A DNA stretch of 64,000 nucleotides from an uncultured Acholeplasmataceae bacterium (GTDB lineage: Bacteria > Bacillota_I > Bacilli_A > Acholeplasmatales > Acholeplasmataceae): positions 9,058 through 73,057 of the forward strand of contig CAUTMP010000003.1 in assembly GCA_963539755.1 (NCBI GenBank). Direction: 5' to 3'. Position numbers and translations under genes: made by a program. This document shows, one piece after another, positions 54,442 to 63,462 of this stretch. Under the pieces are notes generated by a model. It was not told where the DNA came from. It made no database searches and saw nothing but the letters and a program-made list of their open reading frames with translations. The stretch's first letter is position 1. The number at the start of each line of letters is the position of its first letter.

Positions 54442-55047
54442 TTATTTAAGTAGCGCTTCTTTTGCAAGTTTATCGGCCACATCATTAAAAGAAATATTTG
54501 AGTGGCTCGGTACTTTTTCAAACTTAATTTCACTAAACTCAGGCTTAATTGTTAAGTAAAACTTAACATACATAAGAGAAATTTTAGAGCATGCGCGCCA
54601 TTCAGAAGTTATCCAGCGAGCGAGACCTTGGTAGTCGTGGTAAATCTTGATTTTTTTAAATTCATTTTCTTTTGCCCATTTAAGCGCTTCAATTACACCA
54701 AATACTTCACCTGCCACATTTGCTGTTTTCAAAAACTCGCGGTCTGCGCTACTGCCAGAGATATTTTGTTTTTCTCCGTTTGGCAAAATTAGGTGAACTC
54801 CGTATGAAAACTTAGCGGCTTCTTTTGAAAAACTACCGTCTGTGAAAGCGACTAAATAACCTGCTTTTAAATCTTTTTCAACCACACTTTGCCAATAGTC
54901 TGTGCCTTTTAAAAAACACACAGCCTCTGCTTTGGTTAAAAAAGACTTAAATACTGGTTTTTTAAAACCAGAAATTGCTGCTTGGCATTCTGGCCAGGTT
55001 TCAAAAATCCCGGTTTTATTGCCTTCTTTTACAGCGTAGTATTTCAC
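54442..55047 (-). CDS. rnhA: ribonuclease HI with an N-terminal hybrid-binding (Cauli_VI-like) domain
   Basis: 201 aa with a GTG start. KYYAVKEGNKTGIFETWPECQAAISGFKKPVFKSFLTKAEA, then RNase H residues (FTDGS, AGE, YHDYQG, SHS...ND.ADKLA). Confidence 0.8.
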   Translation of the reverse strand: MKYYAVKEGNKTGIFETWPECQAAISGFKKPVFKSFLTKAEAVCFLKGTDYWQSVVEKDLKAGYLVAFTDGSFSKEAAKFSYGVHLILPNGEKQNISGSSADREFLKTANVAGEVFGVIEALKWAKENEFKKIKIYHDYQGLARWITSEWRACSKISLMYVKFYLTIKPEFSEIKFEKVPSHSNISFNDVADKLAKEALLK

Positions 55048-55051
55048 AAAC

Positions 55052-55798
55052 TTAATTTAACTCAGCCTCTGCTTCTTTTTCTTTGAGTTTCTTAATCAAA
55101 GTTAAGAGACTTTGAATGAAAATTGAGCCGGTTGAGTTGCCAATAATTACGATAAAAATAAATAAAGCGACTTTTGCGTAGTTGTATTGGAAGCCAAATG
55201 AAAATAAAGAAAAAGAGGCGATGCAGTGGTCAAAGCCAAGTAGTAAGAAAGTCCAAACCGCAAATAGCAGCGAAAGCAGACCAATTGCCTTGTTTTTAGC
55301 GTTATTGAAACTGTAAATTGCTGAGTGCAACAAGATACCAGTTCCAATTGCTCCAAGGAAAGTTCGCCAAAGTGGAGTTTCATTAAAATCTAGTTTTTTG
55401 GCAACCATTGTTTGAATTAAGTCTGCATAAGTTCTGGGACTTCCCGGTACAATTTTTGCTGGAAACACTGTGTAGTAAAAAAGAACTGTAAAAATTACTG
55501 TGCCTAAAAAATTAGTTAAAAAAACGATAAGAAGTTCAATTAAGTAATCAGGTTTTCGTTCAAAAACATAGCCGATCCTACCAGTAAAAAGCGCGGCATC
55601 TAAAGCAATGATTAAAATGATTCCGACACAAAAACCAACACCTGCGATAAAGTAAGTAGTTAGAGTTTGAATCCCACTGCCTTGAGCATACGCAGTTAAA
55701 ACTAAAAAAGTAAAAGCAGCAATGGCAACCAAAACCCCTGAAAGAAAACCTTGTAAGGCGAGTTTGGTGTATTTATATAATTTTGTTTTGTTTTGCAT
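55052..55798 (-). CDS. formate/nitrite transporter (FNT) family membrane protein
   Basis: About 248 aa with 6 TM helices. LFTG, GFDHCIASF (equivalent to the FNT FEHSIAN region) and IIGNSTGS motifs. ATG 55798 is preferred over TTG 55804 on RBS spacing. Confidence 0.65.
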   Translation of the reverse strand: MQNKTKLYKYTKLALQGFLSGVLVAIAAFTFLVLTAYAQGSGIQTLTTYFIAGVGFCVGIILIIALDAALFTGRIGYVFERKPDYLIELLIVFLTNFLGTVIFTVLFYYTVFPAKIVPGSPRTYADLIQTMVAKKLDFNETPLWRTFLGAIGTGILLHSAIYSFNNAKNKAIGLLSLLFAVWTFLLLGFDHCIASFSLFSFGFQYNYAKVALFIFIVIIGNSTGSIFIQSLLTLIKKLKEKEAEAELN

Positions 55799-56036
55799 AG
55801 TCAAAAATTCCTTTATTTAAAATCCATATAAGTAATTTTACTCTATATAAATAAAATAGGTTTAAATAAGCAAATAAAGATAATTTTTAAAAATAAAACC
55901 AAGTACTACAAATGTGCCTTGCAAGGCAGTTTTATAGTTTTATAAAAGTCTTAATTTTCTAATAAAAAAGCCTTATAAAGCGATTTTAACTAACTATTTA
56001 TTACATGAATTATTTTTAGATTTTTAAAAATATTGT

Positions 56037-56065
56037 TTGCTTGTGCTTGCTTATTTTGGTATACT
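56037..56065 (+). promoter_or_regulatory. promoter of the tmk-holB-rsmI-metG operon
   Basis: TTGCTT, 17 nt, TGg-TATACT extended -10. Lies 23 nt upstream of the tmk ATG. Confidence 0.55.
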
Positions 56066-56087
56066 GAAAGCACTTAGAGGTGCGCAT

Positions 56088-56777
56088 ATGTTTATCACAT
56101 TTGAAGGCGGAGAAGGTAGCGGAAAATCTACTATCATCAAAAAAATTAAGGCTCTTTTTGAAGAAGGCGAAGATGGACAAAAATACTCGCTTGTTAACAA
56201 AACAACAGGTGAAATTGTTCCGCTGATTTTCACCAGAGAACCAGGTGGACTTAACATTACTTTAGCCGAAGAAATTAGAGACGTTTGTCTGCATCCTAAG
56301 CACACCACAATGCAAAGCGAAACCGAAGCACTGTTGTTTGCCGCTTCTAGGTCTGAACACGTCAGACAACTAATTGAACCTAACCGCGAAAAAGCACTAA
56401 TTATTTGCGACAGATATATAGACTCTTCATACGTCTATCAAGGAGTTGCCAGAGGCTTGGGTATTGAATACATTAAGCAAATCAACAAAAGTATTTTAAA
56501 CTGCTTACCTGATTTGACTTTTATTTTTATCATCAATCACGAAAACGGTCTAAACAGAGTATCCGCACGCAATAAAATTAACCGTCTTGATAAAGAAAGT
56601 CGTGCTTTTCACAATAAAATTGATGAAACTTACCGTGAACTTAAGCAAATTTTTCCTGAACGCAAGTACATAGAAATTAACGCCGAGGCTGCGGTTGAAA
56701 CAGTTTTTAGACAAGTTTTAGACAGTTTAATGGAAGAACTTGCTAAGAAAAATATCAAAATCGTACAAAATGACTAA
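56088..56777 (+). CDS. tmk: thymidylate kinase
   Basis: Start at ATG 56088 after AGAGG. FITFEGGEGSGKST, TREPGG, DRYIDSSYVYQG. Confidence 0.9.
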   Translation: MFITFEGGEGSGKSTIIKKIKALFEEGEDGQKYSLVNKTTGEIVPLIFTREPGGLNITLAEEIRDVCLHPKHTTMQSETEALLFAASRSEHVRQLIEPNREKALIICDRYIDSSYVYQGVARGLGIEYIKQINKSILNCLPDLTFIFIINHENGLNRVSARNKINRLDKESRAFHNKIDETYRELKQIFPERKYIEINAEAAVETVFRQVLDSLMEELAKKNIKIVQND

Positions 56778-57648
56778 AGAAGACCATTTTTTTCACCTTT
56801 CGCTTTTGCCTGCTGCAAAAAAAGACGAACACATTTCCTATATTCTTTTTCAAATTAAAGCAATTTTAAAACAAGAAGGTATGCCAGATGCGGAACTAAA
56901 CGCCCTTGAGTTTAAACCATCTCGCAACCTTTTTATTTTAAACAAAGAAGAAATCACCAAAGAAGCCTTGCTTGAGTTTACAAACACCTTTAACTACACT
57001 TCTTTAAATCAATACTCTAGATTTTTTGTATTATTTGGCGTAGACCTACTGAATACTTCTCAAGCCTCTAGTTTACTTAAGTTTCTAGAAGAACCAAAAA
57101 CTTCAACCTACGGTTTTTTGGTACCAGAGAATCCAGATGCTGTGCTAGACACGATTAAGTCTAGAGCCTTTCCGGTAACTTATGAAAACAAAGAAAATGC
57201 TGACAAACCAGTTTCTCTTGACGAAGAAATCTACGAACTGTCTGATGAACTTTTTAAAGATGTGTCTGAAGTTTTTGAAAACAAAGTGTTTTTAGATAGT
57301 TTAAAAACACCTTTTTTAGAATTTATTTCAGTAATGCTAGACCCTGAAAAAAAATACACACTAACTTTGGCTAAATATTTTTCAGTTGAACACGAAAGAA
57401 CCGCGGGCCGTATTTTTTTAAAACTCATTCAAACTTTTTTAATGGACGCAATTAACTTTAAGTTAAAGCGAAGTTTGCATTTCAAAAGTCAGGAAGAACA
57501 CATCGTTAAATTGGCTGGTTTTAGTATGAACAAACTAATCAAAACATTTGATTTTGTCCAAAAACGTACAAAAGCCTTTTATTTTCCTGTAAACGCACGC
57601 GTGCAAATTCTTACAGCCTTGGTTGCTTTTGATCAGTTTTTAAAATGA
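56770..57648 (+). CDS. holB: DNA polymerase III delta-prime-like subunit (minimal, no P-loop)
   Basis: 292 aa. ATG 56770 overlaps the tmk end (ATGACTAA). SQASSLLKFLEEPKTSTYGFLV....LDTIKSRAF is the delta-prime box. Position after tmk matches Firmicutes. Confidence 0.7.
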   Translation: MTKEDHFFHLSLLPAAKKDEHISYILFQIKAILKQEGMPDAELNALEFKPSRNLFILNKEEITKEALLEFTNTFNYTSLNQYSRFFVLFGVDLLNTSQASSLLKFLEEPKTSTYGFLVPENPDAVLDTIKSRAFPVTYENKENADKPVSLDEEIYELSDELFKDVSEVFENKVFLDSLKTPFLEFISVMLDPEKKYTLTLAKYFSVEHERTAGRIFLKLIQTFLMDAINFKLKRSLHFKSQEEHIVKLAGFSMNKLIKTFDFVQKRTKAFYFPVNARVQILTALVAFDQFLK

Positions 57649-58502
57649 AGATACAAGCTAGTTTTGAAAATAACTTTCCAACTCTCTATATTGTGCCCAC
57701 ACCAATTGGCAATTTAAAAGACATAACTTTTAGGGCCCTTGAAGTTTTAAAAAAAGTTGACGCGGTGTTTTGCGAAGATACTAGAAGAACTCTTGTTTTA
57801 CTTAATCATTTTGGTATTCAAAAACCACTTTTTAGATACGAGAAGTTCAACGAAAAAACAGCGAGCAGAAAAATTATTGCAATGCTTAAAGAAGGCAAAA
57901 ATATTGCTTTGGTCTCAGACGCCGGAACTCCTGGAATTTCAGACCCGCTTTTTGAAATAATTAAAGCAGTCAAAGAAGAAAACTCAGTTAACGTTGTACC
58001 GCTTCCTGGTCCAGTTGCTTTTGTGCCGGCATTAATTTGCTCAACTTTTCAGACAAATTCTTTTACTTTTCTTGGGTTTTTGCCAAGAAAAAAACAAGAT
58101 GCCGTAGACACTCTGCTCGAATACAGTGAAAGAAAAGAAACTTTAATAATTTATGAATCTCCGCATAGACTGCTTAAAACCCTTGAATTGTTAAAGTCTG
58201 TTTTTAAGTCCAGAGAAATTATGGTTGTGCGTGAACTGACTAAGTTACATGAGACTTTCTATTGGTTTGATTTAGCTGTCGCAAACTTTAGCGAAATTCA
58301 GAATTTAGGCGAGTTTGTTATAATTATAAAAGGTAGCGATAAGCCCAAAATAGAGAATATTTTATCTACAAACGAGCTATTTTTAAACTACCAGAGCCAA
58401 GGTTTTTCTGATATGGAAGCCATTAAATTAACTGCAAAAACTCTTGGTAAACCTAAGTCTGAAATTTATAAAGAGGTTAAAATCAATGAAAAAAACAAAT
58501 AA
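57645..58502 (+). CDS. rsmI: 16S rRNA (cytidine1402-2'-O)-methyltransferase
   Basis: 285 aa. LYIVPTPIGNLKDIT.RALEVLK.VD...CEDTR, SDAGTPGISDP. Confidence 0.9.
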   Translation: MKIQASFENNFPTLYIVPTPIGNLKDITFRALEVLKKVDAVFCEDTRRTLVLLNHFGIQKPLFRYEKFNEKTASRKIIAMLKEGKNIALVSDAGTPGISDPLFEIIKAVKEENSVNVVPLPGPVAFVPALICSTFQTNSFTFLGFLPRKKQDAVDTLLEYSERKETLIIYESPHRLLKTLELLKSVFKSREIMVVRELTKLHETFYWFDLAVANFSEIQNLGEFVIIIKGSDKPKIENILSTNELFLNYQSQGFSDMEAIKLTAKTLGKPKSEIYKEVKINEKNK

Positions 58503-60024
58503 GTTTTATATAACATCTGCACTTCCTTATACTTCTTCATACCCGCATATTGGCAATATGTATGAATTGATTTTAACTGACTGCATCGCTAGATTCTATA
58601 AACTAGCAGGGCATAATGTTTACTTTCAAACTGGGACTGATGAACATGGCCTAAAAATTGCAGAAAAGGCTAGTGAGGCGAAAATGTCGCCAAAAGACTA
58701 TGTTGATAAAATCGTTGCATACATTAAAGATAACTTAAAACTGCTTAACATAGAATACGATAGTTTTGTTAGGACAACTGATGACACGCACACTGAAGCG
58801 GTTGCTAAAATCGCAGACTTGATGTTTAAAAAAGGCGATATTTACCTGTCTTCATACGAAGGTCTTTACTCAAAAGCAGAAGAGGCTTATGTTAGCGAAA
58901 AAGATTTAGTAGACGGCCTTTTGCCAAGTGGTGAAAAGCCGATTTTAATGAAAGAAGAGGCTTACTTTTTTGCTCTTTCTAAATACCAAGCCCAACTTAT
59001 TAAGCACATTCAAGACCACCCTCGCTTTATCATGCCAGAAAGCCGCAGAAATGAAATTTTGGCTTTTTTAAAAGAACCACTTTTAGATCTTTGTGTGACC
59101 AGGTCTTCTTTTGACTGGGGAGTAAAGGTTAATTTTGACAAAAAACACGTGCTTTATGTTTGGCTAGATGCGCTTTGCAATTACATTACCGGAATTGGCT
59201 ATTCACCTGATAAAATAAGCACTCAGTTTAGTGAATTTTGGCCAGCGAATGCTCACATTGTCGGTAAAGACATTACTCGTTTTCACTGCGTATACTGGCC
59301 TTGTTTTTTAATGTCGCTTGGCCTTGAATTGCCGGAGACTGTATTTGGTCACCCATGGGTTTTAACTCATCAAACAAAGATGTCAAAATCGCTTGGCAAT
59401 ACCATTTACGCAGATGAGCTAGTCAAAACTTTTGGGGTTGATAAAGTCCGTTTCTATTGTCTTTCGGAAATTCCTTTCAAAGACGATGGTAACTTAACAT
59501 ATGACTTAGTTCTTGAAAAAACTAACACAGAGTTGGTTAATACACTTGGTAATTTAGTTAACCGAACATTTGGAATGTTGGCTAAATATTTTGACTCTAA
59601 ATTCAGGCCAATCTACACAAGTTTTGATAAAAACTTTCAAGAAATTGATGCCTACATTGAAAGTCTGCCTGGTAAATTAACTGATTTATTTCAAGAATAC
59701 AAAGTAGCAGAGGCTGCTAAAACTATCTTAGAACTAGCGCGCTTGGCTAATAAGTTTATTGACCTTGAAGAGCCTTGGAACTTATTTAAAAACCAAGAAC
59801 ACGACAAACTAATGGCTGTACTAACCACACTTTTTAAAGTAATTCGTGTACTTTCAATCACCTTGCTGCCGTTTATTCCAGAAACCGCTAAAAAAATTCA
59901 AGCGATGCTAGAAATTAGTGAAGACACACTTGAATCTGTACTTGTAAAAACTCCTTTTAAAGAAATTGTCTTTAAAAAACCAGAAATTCTTTTTGTCAGA
60001 CTAGACAAAAAAGACCTTGAGTAG
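58486..60024 (+). CDS. metG: methionine--tRNA ligase (short form, no C-terminal tRNA-binding domain)
   Basis: Start at ATG 58486 after AAGAGG. FYITSALPY....PHIGN (HIGH box reads HIGN), KMSKS present. Confidence 0.9.
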   Translation: MKKTNKFYITSALPYTSSYPHIGNMYELILTDCIARFYKLAGHNVYFQTGTDEHGLKIAEKASEAKMSPKDYVDKIVAYIKDNLKLLNIEYDSFVRTTDDTHTEAVAKIADLMFKKGDIYLSSYEGLYSKAEEAYVSEKDLVDGLLPSGEKPILMKEEAYFFALSKYQAQLIKHIQDHPRFIMPESRRNEILAFLKEPLLDLCVTRSSFDWGVKVNFDKKHVLYVWLDALCNYITGIGYSPDKISTQFSEFWPANAHIVGKDITRFHCVYWPCFLMSLGLELPETVFGHPWVLTHQTKMSKSLGNTIYADELVKTFGVDKVRFYCLSEIPFKDDGNLTYDLVLEKTNTELVNTLGNLVNRTFGMLAKYFDSKFRPIYTSFDKNFQEIDAYIESLPGKLTDLFQEYKVAEAAKTILELARLANKFIDLEEPWNLFKNQEHDKLMAVLTTLFKVIRVLSITLLPFIPETAKKIQAMLEISEDTLESVLVKTPFKEIVFKKPEILFVRLDKKDLE

Positions 60025-60028
60025 TTTT

Positions 60029-61186
60029 ATGAAAACCAAAGAAAAAACCCCTGTCTACATAGAACACACAAATAAGCAAACTCAGTTAAATAAATCTAAA
60101 AAACTCACCTTTTATAGAACCCTAAATCCAGTTGAAATCCCTTATACTGAAAAACAAGCCAAAAGACGCGAGTTTATCAAAAACAAAGTTTTACCTGAAG
60201 CCAATCGTCTTTTTATGGCAGTGTTTTTCACCTTTATCTATGGAATTGGTCTAGCCTGGTTTCTAGAGGCTTCATACGTTCGTATGTATACAGGCGGAGT
60301 GCCTGGAATTGGACAGTTAATAGTTGACTTTTTGCATCACGTTGCCAAAGTTAATTTAAATCAAGAAAACGCCAAAACTGTGCTTTCGCTTTTTATCATA
60401 TTTGCAAATATTCCAATCCTATTGCTTGGCTGGTTTAAGGTTTCAAAAACTTTTGCGTTTTACTCAACTGTGTCAATTGTTCTGCAAGCAACTTGTGTTA
60501 AGTTCTTGCAAATTGATTTACTTAAAACAACTTCACCTTTGATTTTAGCGATAGCAGGTGGGATTTTTATTGGCGTTGGAACTGGTGGAACCCTTAAATA
60601 CGGAGGTTCAACTGGTGGTCTTGACATAATCGGACAAGTTTTGGCTTTAAATAAAGGCAAGATGTCGGTTGGAAAAATTTCAACTATTATGAACTTAACG
60701 ATTATTTCACTAGGTTGTTTTTTTGCTATGTTTGCAGACCCTTCTAATTCGGTAATTAAGAGTTTCGTTGAAAACATCGGAGGGCCTGATGGAAAAATCC
60801 TGAAAGGAATTGGCCAACTCAAAGATAAACCTCAAATGCTGTATGCTCTTTATGTTTTTATATTTACATCCATTAGACTATTAATTTCAATGGTTGTGAT
60901 GGACAAAATCCACAATTCGTACAACTTAATTGAGGCGTTGATTGTCACAACTAAAGAAACTGAACTTGCGCAAACTTTGATAAAAGAACTTAAACACGGA
61001 GTTACTTTAGTTGACGCCAAAGGTGGATACAGTTTCCAAGACAAATCAGTACTCTTAACCGTTGTTTATCAGTTTGAAGAACAAAAACTAATTGACTTAA
61101 TATTTAAAATTGACCCGAAAGCCTTTATTACCTTTAAACACATCTCTTCCTTTAAGGGTAGATTTAGAATTAAGGCTCTGGCCTAA
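60029..61186 (+). CDS. YitT-family membrane protein (DUF2179-type C-terminus)
   Basis: About 385 aa. Multi-TM with GGVPGIGQL and GGSTGGLDIIGQ motifs, and a soluble C-terminal domain (GVTLVDAKGGYS). Confidence 0.7.
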   Translation: MKTKEKTPVYIEHTNKQTQLNKSKKLTFYRTLNPVEIPYTEKQAKRREFIKNKVLPEANRLFMAVFFTFIYGIGLAWFLEASYVRMYTGGVPGIGQLIVDFLHHVAKVNLNQENAKTVLSLFIIFANIPILLLGWFKVSKTFAFYSTVSIVLQATCVKFLQIDLLKTTSPLILAIAGGIFIGVGTGGTLKYGGSTGGLDIIGQVLALNKGKMSVGKISTIMNLTIISLGCFFAMFADPSNSVIKSFVENIGGPDGKILKGIGQLKDKPQMLYALYVFIFTSIRLLISMVVMDKIHNSYNLIEALIVTTKETELAQTLIKELKHGVTLVDAKGGYSFQDKSVLLTVVYQFEEQKLIDLIFKIDPKAFITFKHISSFKGRFRIKALA

Positions 61187-61253
61187 GACTTTAAAATACT
61201 TAAACCCATTTAAACCACTTAGTCTAGATGGGTTTTTAACTTGGCTAAAAATA

Positions 61254-61282
61254 AAAAAACTCCGGTAAAACCAGAGTTTTTA
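61254..61282. terminator. bidirectional terminator (yitT-family gene / tRNA-Arg)
   Basis: A-run, AAACTCCGG-TAAAA-CCAGAGTTT (one mismatch), T-run. Confidence 0.6.
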
Positions 61283-61290
61283 AAGTCAAA

Positions 61291-61367
61291 TGGCGATGCA
61301 GAAGGGATTCGAACCCCCGACCGATAGCTTAGAAGGCTATTGCTCTATCCAGCTGAGCTACTGCACC
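61291..61367 (-). tRNA. tRNA-Arg (anticodon TCT)
   Basis: The minus strand folds as a cloverleaf: acceptor GGTGCAG/CTGCATC, D arm GCTC-AGCTGGATA-GAGC, anticodon arm ATAGC-CTTCTAA-GCTAT, T arm GGGGG-TTCGAAT-CCCTT, and an encoded CCA. 77 nt. Confidence 0.93.
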
Positions 61368-61377
61368 AACAAATAGA

Positions 61378-61406
61378 ATTATATAAAAATAACCCTATTT
61401 TTTCAA
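61378..61406 (-). promoter_or_regulatory. promoter of tRNA-Arg
   Basis: The minus strand reads TTGAAA, 17 nt, TATAAT. The predicted start is about 4 nt before the mature 5' end. Confidence 0.7.
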
Positions 61407-61439
61407 CTATCGCTTTTAAGTTAGTTTTAATTCCTAAAA

Positions 61440-62201
61440 TTAGTATTTTTTGATGTGGAAAAAAGCAATAATAGTGCCAGCGAGCAAAAAACCAAAGCCA
61501 AGCGCTGACAGACCAAGTGATGTGTATACCAAAGCGTGTTGTAGCGAATCTATCGTTACTCTGTGTAGTAAAAACAGGTTTAGCGTGATAAACACAAAAC
61601 TTAGCGTCAAAACATCTAAGCCTAGCCTTAAAAACGCCAAATATTTTTTCTCTGAACCCGCTGCGTGGAATCTAACAAGTAGTGTTAAAACACCAGGAGC
61701 AAGAGCTAACCATTTAAAGTATGCAAAGTTTTGGAGTTTAAAGGCAGTTAGAATTTTTTCAATTGCTTTGTGGGTAAAAGGTTTGGTGTAGATACTTTGG
61801 ATAAAAAAGCCTGAGAACTCTGAATTTTCGTATTGGCTTTCCACGCCCTTTGGAGTTGGCATTTTAAAGTCAAAGTATAAACTTAAAATCGCAACCACGC
61901 TAATAACAATCGCAGTGCTAACCCCAGTTATTTTAAGTAAAGTACTTCTGGTCGTACCTAAAATCAAGAAACAAAGCGCTACTAGAAATAAAGAAATAAA
62001 GGAGTAGTAGACGTATACATTTGAAACTGATTTAAATTTAGTAAAAAAACCAGATTTAGCAAAACTAAAAATTTCGCCAACTGAAGAAGTTAAGGCTAAG
62101 AGAAAATAAGCGGTGGTTAAAATAATTAAGATATAGGCAATAAATCTAAAAACAATTCTTATTTTACTGGCTTCATTTGAAACTAAATATTCTCTAAACA
62201 T
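61440..62201 (-). CDS. hypothetical polytopic membrane protein
   Basis: About 253 aa with about 6 TM helices and no recognisable motif. ATG 62201 sits 6 nt after GAAGGAG. Confidence 0.6.
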   Translation of the reverse strand: MFREYLVSNEASKIRIVFRFIAYILIILTTAYFLLALTSSVGEIFSFAKSGFFTKFKSVSNVYVYYSFISLFLVALCFLILGTTRSTLLKITGVSTAIVISVVAILSLYFDFKMPTPKGVESQYENSEFSGFFIQSIYTKPFTHKAIEKILTAFKLQNFAYFKWLALAPGVLTLLVRFHAAGSEKKYLAFLRLGLDVLTLSFVFITLNLFLLHRVTIDSLQHALVYTSLGLSALGFGFLLAGTIIAFFHIKKY

Positions 62202-62286
62202 CACATGCTCCTTCTTTTTGATTTTTGTTTAAAAACAATATCTATTAACAATGATAACACTTTTTAAGCGAAGCTATTTTTTAATT

Positions 62287-62315
62287 AAAAAAGTGTGGTT
62301 TTCACCACACTTTTT
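62287..62315 (-). terminator. terminator of the 62321-63190 gene (bidirectional shape)
   Basis: A-run, AGTGTGGT-TTTC-ACCACACT, T-run. Confidence 0.8.
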
Positions 62316-62320
62316 CCGAT

Positions 62321-63190
62321 TTATTTTGCAACTTCTTCTTTCTTAACTGGTTTTTTCTCTTTGTAGGCAAGTCCTGCGATTGAAGTCGAGATTAATAACA
62401 CACAAACACCTAAGTAGTACCAAGCAGCGTAAGTTTGCATAAATACAAGCGATTTAGTTAAGGCTTTCATATTTGCTTTGTCAGCAAAGTTATTAAATGC
62501 TTTGAAAGCAAATGGAAGCATCGCAAACATAAAGACAAATAAAGTGAACGCCAATAGTGAACTATCAACTCTTGGTTTGCGGATAGCTGCAACTAAGAAG
62601 AACACAAACAAGCAACCAAGATAAACATTTAATAGTTGAGGAAGAATAACTTTGCTTGCGTTGGCAACTCCCTCAAAATAAAGAAGTTTTTTCATAGTTC
62701 CATTTGCTTGTGCAAATAGTTTTGCGTTAAAAAGGTCAGAAACAAATGGCGAAGTTACATTATTTGGTAAACCAAGAAAACCAGTATTTAGGTTAATAGC
62801 TAAATAAAAAGCATCAACTGCAAATAACACAGTCAACAAACTAATTAACACTTTTCCTACAGTAGATTTACATAGCGATACTACGGTTAAACCTAAAACT
62901 AGTGAGAAAAATGGAAAAATTATTGAGAACACAACACCTTTGTCTAAACGCATTGCTTGAAATACTTTATCAATACTTGGTGCTATTTTAATCAAACCAG
63001 GAGCCGGTGAGTAAATTAAGAATACCACCACCAATAGTGTTGCCACTAAAAGTAGAGCAAACATAGTTTTTCTAAAAGCAACAGAGTCTGACTTATTTTT
63101 ATTTTTTTGAGTTTTTTTATTGTAATTGTAGAAATCCTCGTCTACACGGGCATTTTTTTGTTGAAAAAAATAAGGTCTTTCTTTATACAT
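62321..63190 (-). CDS. hypothetical polytopic membrane protein
   Basis: 289 aa. Basic N-terminal tail, then about 7 TM helices, then a Lys/Glu C-terminal tail. RBS TAGGAGAG. Confidence 0.6.
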   Translation of the reverse strand: MYKERPYFFQQKNARVDEDFYNYNKKTQKNKNKSDSVAFRKTMFALLLVATLLVVVFLIYSPAPGLIKIAPSIDKVFQAMRLDKGVVFSIIFPFFSLVLGLTVVSLCKSTVGKVLISLLTVLFAVDAFYLAINLNTGFLGLPNNVTSPFVSDLFNAKLFAQANGTMKKLLYFEGVANASKVILPQLLNVYLGCLFVFFLVAAIRKPRVDSSLLAFTLFVFMFAMLPFAFKAFNNFADKANMKALTKSLVFMQTYAAWYYLGVCVLLISTSIAGLAYKEKKPVKKEEVAK

Positions 63191-63462
63191 ATATCTCTCC
63201 TAAGAACATTTTTATTATATCATGAGCCCAAGAATCTCTATTTATTAAATATATAAATCTCTCCAATAAACTAAACTCACCACTTAGTTTTTTAAAAAAA
63301 TAAAATTAAAATCAAAATTAGACAAAAATCAGCGAAAATATGCTATATTTTATACAAATTGCACGTTGGTGCGTTTGTATATTTCTAGTGCCTATTTTTA
63401 ATCTTTTGAAATAGGTGGAATATATTAACATCAACGGAAGGAAACGAAAGAGGTGAATTTAT

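Noticed and set aside
54315-54533. 72-aa minus-strand ORF spanning the rnhA 3' end and its terminator.
   Set aside because: It overlaps rnhA out of frame and runs through the terminator hairpin and the promoter region of the giant lipoprotein gene. Its composition is that of translated AT-rich spacer.
55915-55928. Perfect 14-bp palindrome TGCCTTGCAAGGCA in the FNT/tmk divergent region.
   Set aside because: It is a single occurrence with no partner site, about 110 nt from either promoter candidate. It may be an operator, but nothing else supports that.
58516-58560. MetRS HIGH box reading HIGN as a sign of an inactive enzyme.
   Set aside because: KMSKS and the rest of the catalytic core are intact, this is the only metG in the operon, and Asn at the fourth HIGH position occurs in other active class I synthetases. 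It is noted only in the feature evidence.
61291-61440. tRNA-Arg as an integration site for a genomic island.
   Set aside because: There is no integrase, no direct repeat of the tRNA 3' end, and no compositional break visible by eye in the flanks.
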